A stretch of 63,321 bases of DNA, the filler included, from Octopus bimaculoides (Eukaryota): the NCBI RefSeq assembly GCF_001194135.2. It is 5 parts of 5 records of this genome, joined end to end, with 100 filler letters (N's around TTAATTAATTAA, not from the genome) between each part and the next. Parts side by side here need not be neighbours in the genome. Positions count along the whole stretch, not along the records: positions 1 to 4,746 come from NC_068990.1; positions 4,847 to 34,832 come from NC_068988.1; 3 more parts are not named here. One strand, 5' to 3'. A program made the translations under genes and the position numbers. The notes under the pieces were generated by a model. That model was not told where the DNA came from. It was given only the letters and a program-made list of their open reading frames with translations, and searched no databases. Below are positions 1 to 12,505 of this stretch, piece after piece (positions within the stretch are counted from its first letter, which is position 1; each line of letters opens with the position of its first letter).

Positions 1-209
1 TATTATACATCTCTACGGTCTGGGTTTGTTGTTTTTTGTTTACTTCGTTTTTGCCGGAAATGTTACGTTTGTCCTCGTGTTTTGCTATCTCAGTGTTTAT
101 ATTATTATTTGGCATTGCTGTGTGACTACTATCTAGATTTTCCTGATGTATTTTTTCTTTCAATTGTTCTATTTCTATTTCTGATATTTTTTTTTTGATA
201 TTTTTTTGA

Positions 210-289
<80 letters not shown>

Positions 290-291
<2 letters not shown>

Positions 292-503
292 GGCGGCAAG
301 CTGGCAGAATCATTAGCATGTTGGTCGGAATGCTTAGCGATATTTCACCTGTCGCTACGTTCTGAGTTCAAATTCCGCCGAGGTCCACTTTACCTTTCGT
401 CTTTTGGGGTTCGATAAATTAAGTACCAGTTGAGCACTGAGGTCGATGTGATTGACCTACCCCCTCCCCACAAATTTCAGGCCTTGTGCCTATAGTAGAA
501 AGG
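290..503 (+). mobile_element. tRNA-related SINE with Meta-like central domain (family A), inserted in (ATT)n
   Basis: Starts AAGGCGGCAAGCTGGCAGAATC, contains GAGTTCAAATTCC (B-box-like) and GCCGAGGTCxACTTTxCCTTT..GGGGT.CGATAAATTAAGTACCAG; near-identical copies elsewhere in the window. Confidence 0.8.
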
Positions 504-531
504 ATTATTAATAATTAATATTATTATTATT

Positions 532-572
<41 letters not shown>

Positions 573-1084
573 TATTGAGTGAGAGAGGAGTGCATGCCAT
601 CAAAGTCACACTAAGGTAAAATATACGAAGCCCAGTATACCCATCATGAGTACCCTTCTGATAAAGGTACACCAGGCACATGCATCATGACCATATGTGC
701 GCAACATGGTGATCTCATATCAAGATTAACAGTGCATAACCTTGAAGGTAGGGCCCAGTTAGAATTTTCATCGGGTCGAGTAGCCCATCCTGCTCAAATG
801 GTCCTTGAATAAGGGTCGTTTAAGTATGTTGAACAAAACACCCATGTTTTCAGAGGTGAATTATTCAAACACCAAGGAATTCCTCTCAACACATGGCTAT
901 GATGCTCCCCCACTACTTCTGCTCGTGATCAGAGATTACACATATTTATTTCTTTATTGCCCACAGGTGGGTGCTAAAGATAGAGGGGATAAACAAAGGG
1001 ATTAAGTCGATTACATTGACCCCAGTGCGTACTGTTACTTTTTTAATCGACACCGAAAGGATAAAAGGCAAAGTCGAGAATAGA

Positions 1085-1369
1085 ATTTGAGGATATGAGG
1101 ACATAAACGACATTTACCGTATAATACGCCTATTATGATAGGAATTGTTTCTGTTTTAGATTCCACATTTGAGTTACCTCTATTTCCAGGTCTTTGTATT
1201 TTGAAAGTTTCTCCATTTCTTTTAGAGAAACCTTGTCATCTGCTGGTATTGATACATCAATTAGAAAGCAATTTTTTTCTTAATGATCTCTGACAACTAT
1301 ATCTGGCCTATTGGCCTTAATTTCTCTATCTGTGTGTATTGGCATATCCCAGAGTATGGTTGCTTTACC

Positions 1370-1372
<3 letters not shown>
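1085..1372 (-). mobile_element. R4/Dong-type non-LTR retrotransposon remnant, restriction-like endonuclease (RLE) domain
   Basis: Translates KATILWDMPIHTDREIKANRPDIVVRDH*EKNCFLIDVSIPADDKVSLKEMEKLSKYKDLEIEVTQMWNLKTETIPIIIGVL (PD-D/E-x-K RLE motifs); 5' truncated at an (AAT)n tract. Confidence 0.85.
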
Positions 1373-1434
<62 letters not shown>

Positions 1435-1492
1435 CATCATCATCATCATCATCATCATCATTATTATTATTATTATTATTATCATTATTATT

Positions 1493-1668
1493 AAGGCAGT
1501 GACCTGGCAGAATTGTTAGCGGAATTTCGTCTTTCTTCACGTTCTGAGTTCAAATTCCGCCGATGTCAACTTTGCCTTCCATCCTTTCAGGGTCGATAAG
1601 TTAAGTACCAGGGAAACACTTGAGTCGTCCCCTCCCACCAAACTTCAGACCTTGGGCCTAGAGTAGAA
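1493..1668 (+). mobile_element. Family A (Meta-like) SINE
   Basis: Similar to 290-503; flanked by (ATT)n. Confidence 0.75.
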
Positions 1669-1984
1669 TGGTTTATTATTATTATTATTCTGTCGGTGGT
1701 GGTACTGTTGTTTAGTTACATAAGTCTGATCGAACAGATTAAATTTGGAGACGGTTACGGTAGTGTAACTATGATAGCGGTGTTGGTGGTGGTTATAGTT
1801 GCAGTGTTGATTGATGATAGCAGATGTTAATGATATAGCTACAACCGTATTTATATTCATATTTCAAACGTTTAATAAAGCCATAATTTTGTGACCATGC
1901 TAATTTACATTCTTTCTCCTTCCTTAACTCTCTCGCTTTCTTTCTGTCCATATATTTATCTCTCTGTCTGTCACACTCTGTCTC

Positions 1985-1988
1985 TCTG

Positions 1989-2068
<80 letters not shown>

Positions 2069-2892
2069 NNNNNNNNNNNNNNNNNNNNNNNNNNNNNNNN
2101 NNNNNNNNNNNNNNNNNNNNNNNNNNNNNNNNNNNNNNNNNNNNNNNNNNNNNNNNNNNNNNNNNNNNNNNNNNNNNNNNNNNNNNNNNNNNNNNNNNNN
2201 NNNNNNNNNNNNNNNNNNNNNNNNNNNNNNNNNNNNNNNNNNNNNNNNNNNNNNNNNNNNNNNNNNNNNNNNNNNNNNNNNNNNNNNNNNNNNNNNNNNN
2301 NNNNNNNNNNNNNNNNNNNNNNNNNNNNNNNNNNNNNNNNNNNNNNNNNNNNNNNNNNNNNNNNNNNNNNNNNNNNNNNNNNNNNNNNNNNNNNNNNNNN
2401 NNNNNNNNNNNNNNNNNNNNNNNNNNNNNNNNNNNNNNNNNNNNNNNNNNNNNNNNNNNNNNNNNNNNNNNNNNNNNNNNNNNNNNNNNNNNNNNNNNNN
2501 NNNNNNNNNNNNNNNNNNNNNNNNNNNNNNNNNNNNNNNNNNNNNNNNNNNNNNNNNNNNNNNNNNNNNNNNNNNNNNNNNNNNNNNNNNNNNNNNNNNN
2601 NNNNNNNNNNNNNNNNNNNNNNNNNNNNNNNNNNNNNNNNNNNNNNNNNNNNNNNNNNNNNNNNNNNNNNNNNNNNNNNNNNNNNNNNNNNNNNNNNNNN
2701 NNNNNNNNNNNNNNNNNNNNNNNNNNNNNNNNNNNNNNNNNNNNNNNNNNNNNNNNNNNNNNNNNNNNNNNNNNNNNNNNNNNNNNNNNNNNNNNNNNNN
2801 NNNNNNNNNNNNNNNNNNNNNNNNNNNNNNNNNNNNNNNNNNNNNNNNNNNNNNNNNNNNNNNNNNNNNNNNNNNNNNNNNNNNNNNNNNNN

Positions 2893-2962
<70 letters not shown>
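1985..2962. repeat. (CT)n and (TG)n microsatellites flanking an N gap
   Basis: Direct inspection. Confidence 0.95.
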
Positions 2963-2965
<3 letters not shown>

Positions 2966-3574
2966 CACCACCTCTGAATTATATTACTTAACCGCTTAAC
3001 CGTCCTATTCCCTAATATTTGGTTATGTAATAGCCAGCACAAAACCAATAGGTAACATCGGCTGAAATGAAACAATAATACTGAATACTTTGGTTAATGT
3101 AAACATATATCGATGTATGTATGTGTGTGTACGACTGGCTTCCGCACAGATTCCGTCTTCGAAATTCATTCACAATGCATTTGTCAGCTCGGGGCTATAG
3201 TAGAAGACACTTGCCCAAGGAACTGAACCCGGAACCATGTAGTCTCAAATTGTGCTTCTTAACCACACAGCCATGTCTATGGAATCATTATTATTATTAT
3301 TTGACGAAAACTCTCAGATTACTTTGCTGAGTATGGTGGAAAGTGTCAGCTGTTCACAACCAACAGACTAAGTTGACACTTGTTTACTGATCATGATTCA
3401 AGGACCCTGCGGAGAACTCCTGCATTTCCAAGAAATGATGATTTTTATAGGTGTTCTATCTTTACATTTGTACCAATTTTTTTGAACCATGTCGGTGGTT
3501 GAGTGCTGATACTTCCAAGTGCGACAATTACTATTGGCGAATTTTCACACTTCAAATTGTCAGAGTTTATTACT

Positions 3575-3990
3575 ATTATTATTATTTTTTTATCATAGGT
3601 TTTGTTGGAACTCCTGGAGTCTTACATGCGTATCAGGTTTGCTACTTGCAGCGGACGGTACCATACTATCCGTTCTATTCAGCTATGTAATACTTTTCTG
3701 GTTATTCAGACCGTACCAAGGAGCTAAAACTTTTGTAAAGGTTCTACTGGGCACTTCATTACAATTTCCTTTATATTCCTCTTCATGCCTCCTGATACTG
3801 TCCCCAAGAGCGCAGCAATAATTGGTACTATCTTCACCTTCATTTTCTATTTCGTACTTAAGAGGGTCGTATTTTTCTATTTGTTCACTTTCCTTCTTGA
3901 CTATTCACGGGTCAAAGGGGCACGCAACATCAACTATATAGCACATGTGATGCATCGTGTCGACCACCACTAGGTCCGGTCTGTTACGCT
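3575..3990 (-). mobile_element. Second R4/Dong-type RLE remnant with 3' UTR and (AAT)-like tail
   Basis: Translates ALERNRPDLVVVDTMHHMCYIVDVACPFDP*IVKKESEQIEKYDPLKYEI, then after a frameshift KVKIVPIIAALLGTV...LLGTV*ITRKVL; ends in ATAATAATAGTAATAA on the minus strand. Confidence 0.8.
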
Positions 3991-4191
3991 CTAGCGCCTA
4001 TTATACATATATACATACTTACATGCATGTATACATGGAAGAATACAAAAATAAATAAAGAAAGAAAACGAATAAAGACATTTCTGTTTCTTTCTCTGAC
4101 TGTAGGTATGTGTGTGTGTGTGTGTGTATGTATGTGTATTTCCATATGCACGTAAATTTACGCGCGCGCACACACGCACACACGCGCGCAC

Positions 4192-4228
<37 letters not shown>

Positions 4229-4661
4229 TGCTTATGCAGAAAAACCGTCTCATCCAATATACTTGTTTCTATTACTGTGGTACTGTGGTGCCGTTAGATG
4301 GAGACGATTATGAGTAAGAGTTCATCCTATTAAACGCTAGGGAATCGCGGAAGCGTCGTAAGATTAGATTAAACGAGATAATTACCTCACAAGTTGTGAA
4401 ATTCTAGCTAGAGAGATATTATATGGTCAATAAACATACGTAAACAGGGCGAAATGAAAGATAAATATTCACAATAATAGTGGTGTGCTGTTACAGGCAG
4501 TAGATTATCATCTGTTTGCATATTTGAACGAATGGTCTTTAGTACAACATCCTTTCAGTAATGTGAATGTCATCTCAATGTTTTTTTACGTATAAATTTC
4601 AGGACCCGGCGAACTGGAAGATATTTCGTTTATTGCAACATACACACATATCTATATTCAT

Positions 4662-4742
<81 letters not shown>

Positions 4743-4746
4743 CACA

Positions 4747-4846
4747 NNNNNNNNNNNNNNNNNNNNNNNNNNNNNNNNNNNNNNNNNNNNTTAATTAATT
4801 AANNNNNNNNNNNNNNNNNNNNNNNNNNNNNNNNNNNNNNNNNNNN
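4747..4846. other. Artificial assembly linker N44-TTAATTAATTAA-N44
   Basis: 12-mer at 4791-4802 gives stops in all six frames; the same 100-bp construct recurs three more times. Confidence 0.95.
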
Positions 4847-5450
4847 TATTAATATTTCTAAGTCTCTCTAAAGGAGACTACGGCAGCGGTACTGGAAATT
4901 AATAGTTATCGCCAAGCCAACATGGCAGTCCCATATATATATGAAGAGAGAGTGAGAGAGATACCAGTAGATAGCTAGCTAGACAGACAAATAGATAAAT
5001 AGATAAAATAACCAATATTTCAATAAAAGTAGAGTTATCTCATTTAGAGTGAGTTATACCAATAGATCTAAATACACAATGGTATCAATTTAAGTATGAT
5101 AGGTTGATATAATTAGTTATTTCTTTATCTCTAATATAAACACTGATTAGAATGAAAGATTATCATTTATTTTTGTTCTTTTCATTCTTACTTTTCATAA
5201 AGTTTATGAACTGAGCTTTGCATTAAAATATATGGCTTCTAATTAAGGTATAGGTCCACCTGTATTGAGGGGGAAGGTGTTGATTATACTGGACTAATAC
5301 TTTATTTTCTTGACCCTAGAGGGATGAAAGACAAAGTTGATCTCAGCAGTATATGAAATTAGAACGTAAACAGCCAAAATAATTACTGCAAGACATTTTA
5401 TCTGATGGTCTAATGATTTTTCAAATCTACTATCCCAATAATAATAATAC

Positions 5451-5663
5451 ATTCTACTACAAACACAAGGCCTGAAATTTGGAGGGAGGGGGCTTGTCAG
5501 TTAGATCAATCCTAGTGTTTGTCTGCTACTTATTTTATCGACCTCTAAAGAATGAAAGGCAAAGTCAACCTCAATGGTATCTGAACTGAGACTGTAAAGC
5601 CAGAAAAAAATGCCGCTAAGCATGTTGTCCTGCATGCTGATAATTTTGCCAGCTCACCACCTT
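5451..5663 (-). mobile_element. Family A SINE, CpG-decayed; further partial copies at about 5270-5430 and 5670-5830
   Basis: Reverse complement of the family A consensus with many CG to TG/CA changes. Confidence 0.7.
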
Positions 5664-5864
5664 AATAGTAATCCTTTCAGATATAAACAAAAGGTCTGAA
5701 ATTTTGGGGAAGAAGGGGTAGTTGGTTACATCAATGCCAATACTCAGCTGGTACTTATTTTATTGACCCCGAAAGGATGAAAAGCAAAAGCAGAATTTGA
5801 ACTCAGAAAGTAAAGCCAACGGAAATACCACTTCAACACCATGATAGTAATAATAATAATAATA

Positions 5865-6208
5865 CTCTTTTACTTGTTTCAGTCTTTTGTCTGTGGCCAT
5901 GCTCCAGCACCGCCTTTAGTTGAGCAGATTGACCCCAGGACTTATTCTTTGGAAGCCTAGTACTTATTCTATCGGTCTCTTTTGCTGAACAGCTAAGTTA
6001 CAGGGACATAAACACATCAGCATCGGTTGTCAAGCAATGTCGGGGGGACACATACACACATATATAAATATATATATATACATATATACGATAGGGTTCT
6101 TTCAGTTTCTGTCTACCAAATCCACTCACAAGATGCCACGCAGTGGGACTGAACCCGGAACCATGTGGTTGGTAAGCAAGCTACTTACCACACAGCCACT
6201 CCTATGCC
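5865..6208 (-). mobile_element. Composite SINE (family B): tRNA-like head, CORE-like domain, internal microsatellite, Meta-like tail; internally deleted copy
   Basis: Matches the full copy at 53057-53451 in reverse. Confidence 0.75.
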
Positions 6209-6366
6209 TATGATAATAATAATCATAATAATAATAATAATAATAATTATAATTTCCAATTTAAGCACAAGGAGCAGGGTTAATCAATTTCATCAACCTC
6301 AGTACCTAACTGAAATTTTATGTCAGGGAAAGCACTCAAAATTGTATTGGTTCCAAAAAGTCTTTC

Positions 6367-6460
6367 TAGCTTGGATTCAATCTAATTTGTTTGTATTTCT
6401 TTAAAATTTCCCTGAGGTGTACTTCTTCCGCCTTCTTTTCTTCCAATCCATTATCTTCCC
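6367..6460 (-). CDS. Candidate terminal exon of the unidentified minus-strand gene (GKIMDWKKRRRKKYTSGKF* or, from an upstream acceptor, NAVIGTGEDNGLEEKKAEEVHLREILKKYKQIRLNPS*)
   Basis: Two possible AG acceptors and two open frames to a stop; no homology recognised. Confidence 0.2.
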
Positions 6461-7375
6461 CTGTACCAATTACAGCATTACTGAAGTGAAATTATTGAAT
6501 TTATTTAGGTTTGAAAGTAGCAATTTTTACTTCAGTCATGTAAACAGAAAAATATCTTCTTTGTTAATTATTATTTTTCTATAAATATTTCTTTACCCAT
6601 TCCACTTAGTTTCAAATCTATTGAGATTTTTGAGGTCTTGTATAGAATAATGTATTTTTATAAATATTCAAGGGATGAAAGTTCAATTCTCTGGAGGAAT
6701 ACTAAAATTGCATTTTATTAACATGTATTTCGGAGTAGAGTCTTGTTTTAACCTTGATTTCTTAATTTTTTTTCCATTTTTTGTTTTACTTTTCAAAGAT
6801 TTTAAGTTTTTTCTTTTATCATTTTGATTTTCTCAAAGTTGGGGTTGTTTGTAATTGAGGGAAATTTAAATATCTAGTAAATTACTATTTTATTTCATTG
6901 AGCAAATGTTTTATAAGTACCATTTCACATGTTAGACATTCAGTAATATTGTAGAAAATGTACATCATTCAAAATTCACTTGGCTCATCGGAGTAAAAGA
7001 AACCTGCTTAAGGGAAGAACAGTGATTTCAATAACTGAATTTAAATTCATATTTATGCCAGAAGCTATGGATATTTGTAAACTACATTCTTTGACGTTTA
7101 CAGTAAAATATCATATATTATAAAATTGGAACTTCTGTATAATGCGATACGTGTATATATGCCTGTGTGTGTACATATGAATTTATTTATGAGTGTGTAT
7201 ATGTATTTATGTATGCACATGCATATGTGTTCAGAAATTGAAAGGCAGGAAGAGTGAAAGGTCAGCAGCAGTTGGGAAAGGAGAGAAATATAGCAAAAGA
7301 AAGTAAAGAGGACAGCTAGACATATGCTGCTAAAAGAAGAAATACAAAGAATGGAAAGACACTGTAAGTGAGAGA

Positions 7376-7435
<60 letters not shown>

Positions 7436-7914
7436 CATAATGTAATGTAAGATAGTATATTGCATCAGGTGAGCTGAGGGAAAGAGCAGATGATAAATCA
7501 TATGACCAAGAAACTCTGCAAGAAATCCTAATATTATTTTGTCACTAAGAATGGTAAGCTGGCAGAATTGCCAGCATGCTGGATAAAAATGTGCTGCAGT
7601 ATTTATTCCAGGTCTTTACGTTCCAAGTTCAAATTCCACTGAACTGAACTTTTCTTTTCCTTCTTACAGGGTTAGTAAAATAAGTTACCAATTTAGTACT
7701 GAAATCAATGTAATTGACCAATCCTTCCTCTTAAAATCGTCAGTTTTGTACCAAAATTTAAGACAAAAATTATCATATCTTACTTTTAGTTTTATACTAA
7801 GCAAGCTTTCTAAGGAGTAACTTTTGGTTTTTATGTCAATGCTGCAATATGCTACAGATATTAAAGCTTTAAATTGATTTTTAAAAAAAAGCACCGTGAA
7901 AGAAACAAAATATA

Positions 7915-8138
7915 CAATCATGGCCAAAAGTTTGAAACATAGGTCAGAAAAATCCTAATTTTTATATTAAAGTTATACTTAATTTGCAATATATTATTAC
8001 TTGACAAAAAGTTTGGAAGCATAGGTCTGAAAATTTTTTAGGCAAGTATATCTCTATGTTGTATGTATTTGAATCGAATTGTACTTGAGCATAATAAGTT
8101 TAATTCTTTTTAATGTTCTAAACTTTTGGCCACAACAG
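7915..8138. mobile_element. Tc1/mariner-type MITE
   Basis: TIRs CAATCATGGCCAAAAGTTTGAAACA / TGTTCTAAACTTTTGGCCACAACAG, TA on both sides (7913-14, 8139-40); partial third TIR copy near 8007-8035. Confidence 0.8.
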
Positions 8139-9545
8139 TATAGCCTCAAATGAATTTGTTGCTGGCTTCCATTGAAGGTGTAGCTTGATCAAGCAGATCA
8201 TGACCATTCTGTCTTTTTAAAGACAACTACCTAATATATATATATTCTTATTTATGATGATATAGAATAATCTGAAGGAGATTTAGCTGCTATTTATACT
8301 ATGTATTATGAACAAGGCAGATCCTTTGTTGGCTGGAAGTTAAACTTCCCTGTAATCCTTTTGGGGTTGATAGAGTATTTGGGGTCAATTCTACTCTCTC
8401 TTCCACTTTCTATCATTGATTTACCAGTTGTTTAAAACTCCAGCGTTGTCACAAAGTGTCATGCTGATTCAATCTCAGAATTATATGAAGAACGTTTGCA
8501 GAATACTCCACCACTTAAATGATTATTACACAAGAAGTAATTCAATTGGGGATCATCTGAATGCTTATCATTAAAAATGATAGAGAAAATAGAATACTGC
8601 AGTGACATTGTAATCTTAGGCACAATAAATTTTGAGGAGCTGATTGAACTCCAAAGTCATTGGGAGAAGAATTATCTTTCTCAAAGATCTTTGATAAATC
8701 AAAGGACAACTTGATTGATAAAATTACTTTACCAAACTTCAGATACAATTAACTTCTTAACTCTCATTATAAGCACAGTGAGTACTCATCAAATAATCCT
8801 GTCACATACATACACAAGCAAACACACACACACACACAACTTGCACAAAAGTGCAAACGCTAGCAAAAATGTCATTCACACCCACATAAGAGCATGTGCA
8901 TACACACAAACAAATATATAGTACATAAACTTATTTATAGACATATACGTTTGCATTCAGTAATATATGCATACACATACACATATTAACACAAGCACAT
9001 GTGTGCACACACACACACACACACACATGCATGTATACATATGCATGAACCCTGCATCTATACACATTCATCCACCTAAATGCACATACTCACACAAACA
9101 AGCCTATACAAATATATATATGAAATTTGGAAAATATCCAGCACAAATTGGGAGATATGGAGAAATTAGAAGAAAATGTATTTTTGCTTTTATATTGCTG
9201 TAAATACCTTATTAAATCATTCAAAATCCATAATTACAAAAATATGCCAAAGTACATAATTTCATACTGGTTTCACTTCTTGCAGTGTGTGTATGTGGAT
9301 GGTTTGCTGCTAGCTTTCATTTAATATATGCGTCTACTAGAAGTAACCTCCTTATAGACACACTACGTAACAAGGGGGCAGGGGTTATATTGTGTACTGT
9401 ACTATAGCCTTGGGCCTACCAAAGTGTATTGAGTAGATATGGTAGACTAAAACTGAAAAATAAAACCCACTTATATACATATATATATATATACATGTGT
9501 ATATGTTCGTTTGTGTGTGTGTATGTGTGTGTGTGTTTGTGAAGG

Positions 9546-9870
9546 TGCATGGCTCAGTGGTTAGAGCATTAGGCTCACAAGCACAGATAGGGACTTCAAA
9601 TCTCAGACCAGGCTGTGTGTTGTGTTCTTGAGTGTGAGACTTTATTTCATGCTGCTGCAGTTCACTCACCTGTAGAAAACGAGTTGTGATGTCACTGGTG
9701 CCAAGCTGTATTGGCCCCTTTTCTTTTCCTTTGGATAACATTGGTGGCATGGAGAAGGGAGGCTAGTATACATGGGTGATTTCTGGTCTTCATAAACAAC
9801 CTTGCCTGGATTTGTGCTTTGGAGGGCAACTTTCTAGTGCAATCCCATGGTATTTCATGAAGAGGATCTT
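9546..9870 (+). mobile_element. tRNA-headed SINE with CORE/V-like domain
   Basis: TGGCTCAGTGG A box, degenerate B box, TGTGTTCTTGAG..AGACTTTATTTCA core; related to 61099-61365. Confidence 0.65.
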
Positions 9871-9891
9871 TACCTTTACCTATATACATAC

Positions 9892-9926
<35 letters not shown>

Positions 9927-10192
9927 NNNNNNNNNNNNNNNNNNNNNNNNNNNNNNNNNNNNNNNNNNNNNNNNNNNNNNNNNNNNNNNNNNNNNNNNNN
10001 NNNNNNNNNNNNNNNNNNNNNNNNNNNNNNNNNNNNNNNNNNNNNNNNNNNNNNNNNNNNNNNNNNNNNNNNNNNNNNNNNNNNNNNNNNNNNNNNNNNN
10101 NNNNNNNNNNNNNNNNNNNNNNNNNNNNNNNNNNNNNNNNNNNNNNNNNNNNNNNNNNNNNNNNNNNNNNNNNNNNNNNNNNNNNNNNNNNN

Positions 10193-10235
<43 letters not shown>

Positions 10236-10516
10236 ATATATATATGTTTGTGTGTATGTGTTACTGTCTCTTTGACTTGACATCATGTGATAGTTTTAAA
10301 TGAGTGTCACTGTCATATAAGTGGTGTCCTTTGTTTCTAATCTTTAATGTAAATATGTTTGTCTTTAGGGAAATATCCCCTTACTTGGAAACCTGCAAGC
10401 ATTGATAGCAGGATGCACATCCAGCCAAAGAAAATCCACCTCCACAAATTCCATCAGACCCATGAGAGCATAGATAAGTGGACATTAAAACGATGATGAT
10501 GTTACATATATACATA

Positions 10517-10726
10517 TAGGGCTACCTCAAAGTAGGTTTACAGTTTACTATCTCTCTTTTGTATTCATATATTAACAGTTTAGATCTTAATTATAAAAGA
10601 ATATAAAACAATAATTTTATGCTAATTTAGTTAATTGTAAGATAGAAATTCAAATATAATAAAATGTTTCAAAAGAAATTTAAAATGCCTACGTGATAAC
10701 TGTAAACCTACTTTTGGGCCACCCTG
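10517..10726. mobile_element. TA-flanked MITE (Tc1/mariner-pogo-like TIR)
   Basis: Left TAGGGCTACCTCAAAGTAGGTTTACAGTT; right reverse complement CAGGGTGGCCCAAAAGTAGGTTTACAGTT; AT-rich interior. Confidence 0.75.
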
Positions 10727-11671
10727 TATATACATATACACGACATTCTACTTTGAATGAAGCAAAGCCATTACCTATTTAAACACACACAGACACACTT
10801 TTGTCATTGTTGCTATGAGTGATTGCTGTTAAAATCTTGTAACCTATGAGGTTATTGTTTACAATTTGGAATATAAAATTGAAAAATTTTAGAAGAAAAT
10901 CTATTATGAAATAAACCAAATGGGAAGATAAGAACTTAAGATAATGTATGATAGTCTACACTGGCTGAATCTATTTCTATATTAATGATATCAGGATGTT
11001 GTATAGAGAAGTAGAGATTATAATATTCCAGATGAAGCTTATTGGAGAATGGCGGGTTTAAATTATAAATTTGATTCTCAATGTCATACACAAACTTTAT
11101 TCTAAAAATTAGTAGTTTAATATGAAAGACAATTTTCAAACTATTTTGAATATTACAGTGTAATGGGTTCATTTTTATGCAAAATTAAACATAATATTAA
11201 AAAAAAATTTTAATTAGTATTCATTTCACAGACCTTAAAAAATCTATCATGTGTATGACTAATCTTTCATCAACTGGCTCAATATCACCCCCTTCAATGC
11301 CCCCGGCCTCTCTCAAAGGTTCTTTGTCTTGCAAGTTACCTGATGACCATGCCAGTGCTGGTGCTACATAAAAAGCATCCTGTTCAATCTGTAAATGGTT
11401 GGCATTTAGAAGGGCATCCAGCTGTAAAAAACATGTCGAAACTGACCTCACCTGTGCTCATGCCAAGTAAAAAGCACAGAGTCCACTCTGTGGGGTGGCT
11501 GGCGTTACGAAGGAGGTCCAGCCATAAAAACCCTGCCAAAACATACAAAGAAGTCTGGTGCGGTCTTCTGCATAGTCAGCTCCTCTTGAACTGTCCAACT
11601 CATGCCAGCATGGAAAGCGAACATTAAAAGATGATGAAGATGATGATGACAATGATGATAATACATATACA

Positions 11672-11706
<35 letters not shown>

Positions 11707-11855
11707 CTAGCCACATAAGTGTAAAACAATGTGGAAAGAATATTACTCAAATGCCAAAAGTAGACTAACATGCTTTATTACAAGAGCTGCAAAATATTTA
11801 CAGAACTGATATTCACAAAATATACACAGACATTTCTGTGAATATTTTGCAGCTT

Positions 11856-12066
11856 AAGGCAGTGAGGTGGCAGAAACATTACCACACCAGGCAAGATGCT
11901 AAGGAGTATTTCGTCTGTCTTTACATTTTGAGTTCAAAATCTGCCAAGGTCAACTCTGCATTTCGTCCTTTCGGGGTCGATAAATTAAGTACCAGTTGTG
12001 TACTGGTTTGATCTAATTGACTGTCTCTCTCCCCCAAAATTTTGTGCCTTGTGCCTAGAGTAGAAA
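11856..12066 (+). mobile_element. Family A SINE with 17-bp target-site duplication
   Basis: TGAATATTTTGCAGCTT at 11839-11855 and at 12067-12083. Confidence 0.9.
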
Positions 12067-12134
12067 TGAATATTTTGCAGCTTTTATAATAAAGTACATA
12101 AAGTACATACATATATATATATACATACATATAC

Positions 12135-12505
12135 TTTTACTTGTTTCAGTCATTTTTACAGTGGCCATGCTGGAGCACAATCTCTAGTCGATCAAATCGT
12201 CTCTTTTGCCGAACCGCTAAGTCACAGGCATGTAAACACACCAGCATTGGTTGTCAAGCAATAGTAGGTAAGTGGAGACAAACACAGACACACAAATACA
12301 TACATACACACATACACGCACACATGCACACACACACACACATATATATGCGACAGGCTTCTTTCAGGTTCCGCCTACCTAATCCACTCACAAGGCTTTG
12401 GTCGGCCCGAGGCTATAGTTGAAGACACTTGCCCAAGGTGCCATGCAGTGGGATTGAACCCGGAACCATGTGGTTGGTAAGCAAACTACTTACCACACAG
12501 CCACT
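12135..12505 (-). mobile_element. Family B composite SINE, running into a gap
   Basis: Reverse match to 53057-53451. Confidence 0.75.

Noticed and set aside
1793-2991. Long ORFs of 200-390 aa here and at 12429, 24871 and 38957
   Set aside because: They are N-gap and microsatellite read-through, not genes.
4304-4660. ATGGAGACGATTATGA-GTAAGA possible first exon and a downstream acceptor at about 4603 (TRRTGRYFVYCNI, vaguely TNF-like)
   Set aside because: The second exon has no donor before the microsatellite and linker; similarity is too short.
4791-4802. Recurrent TTAATTAATTAA palindrome
   Set aside because: Always centred in exactly 44+44 Ns; an assembly spacer, not biology.
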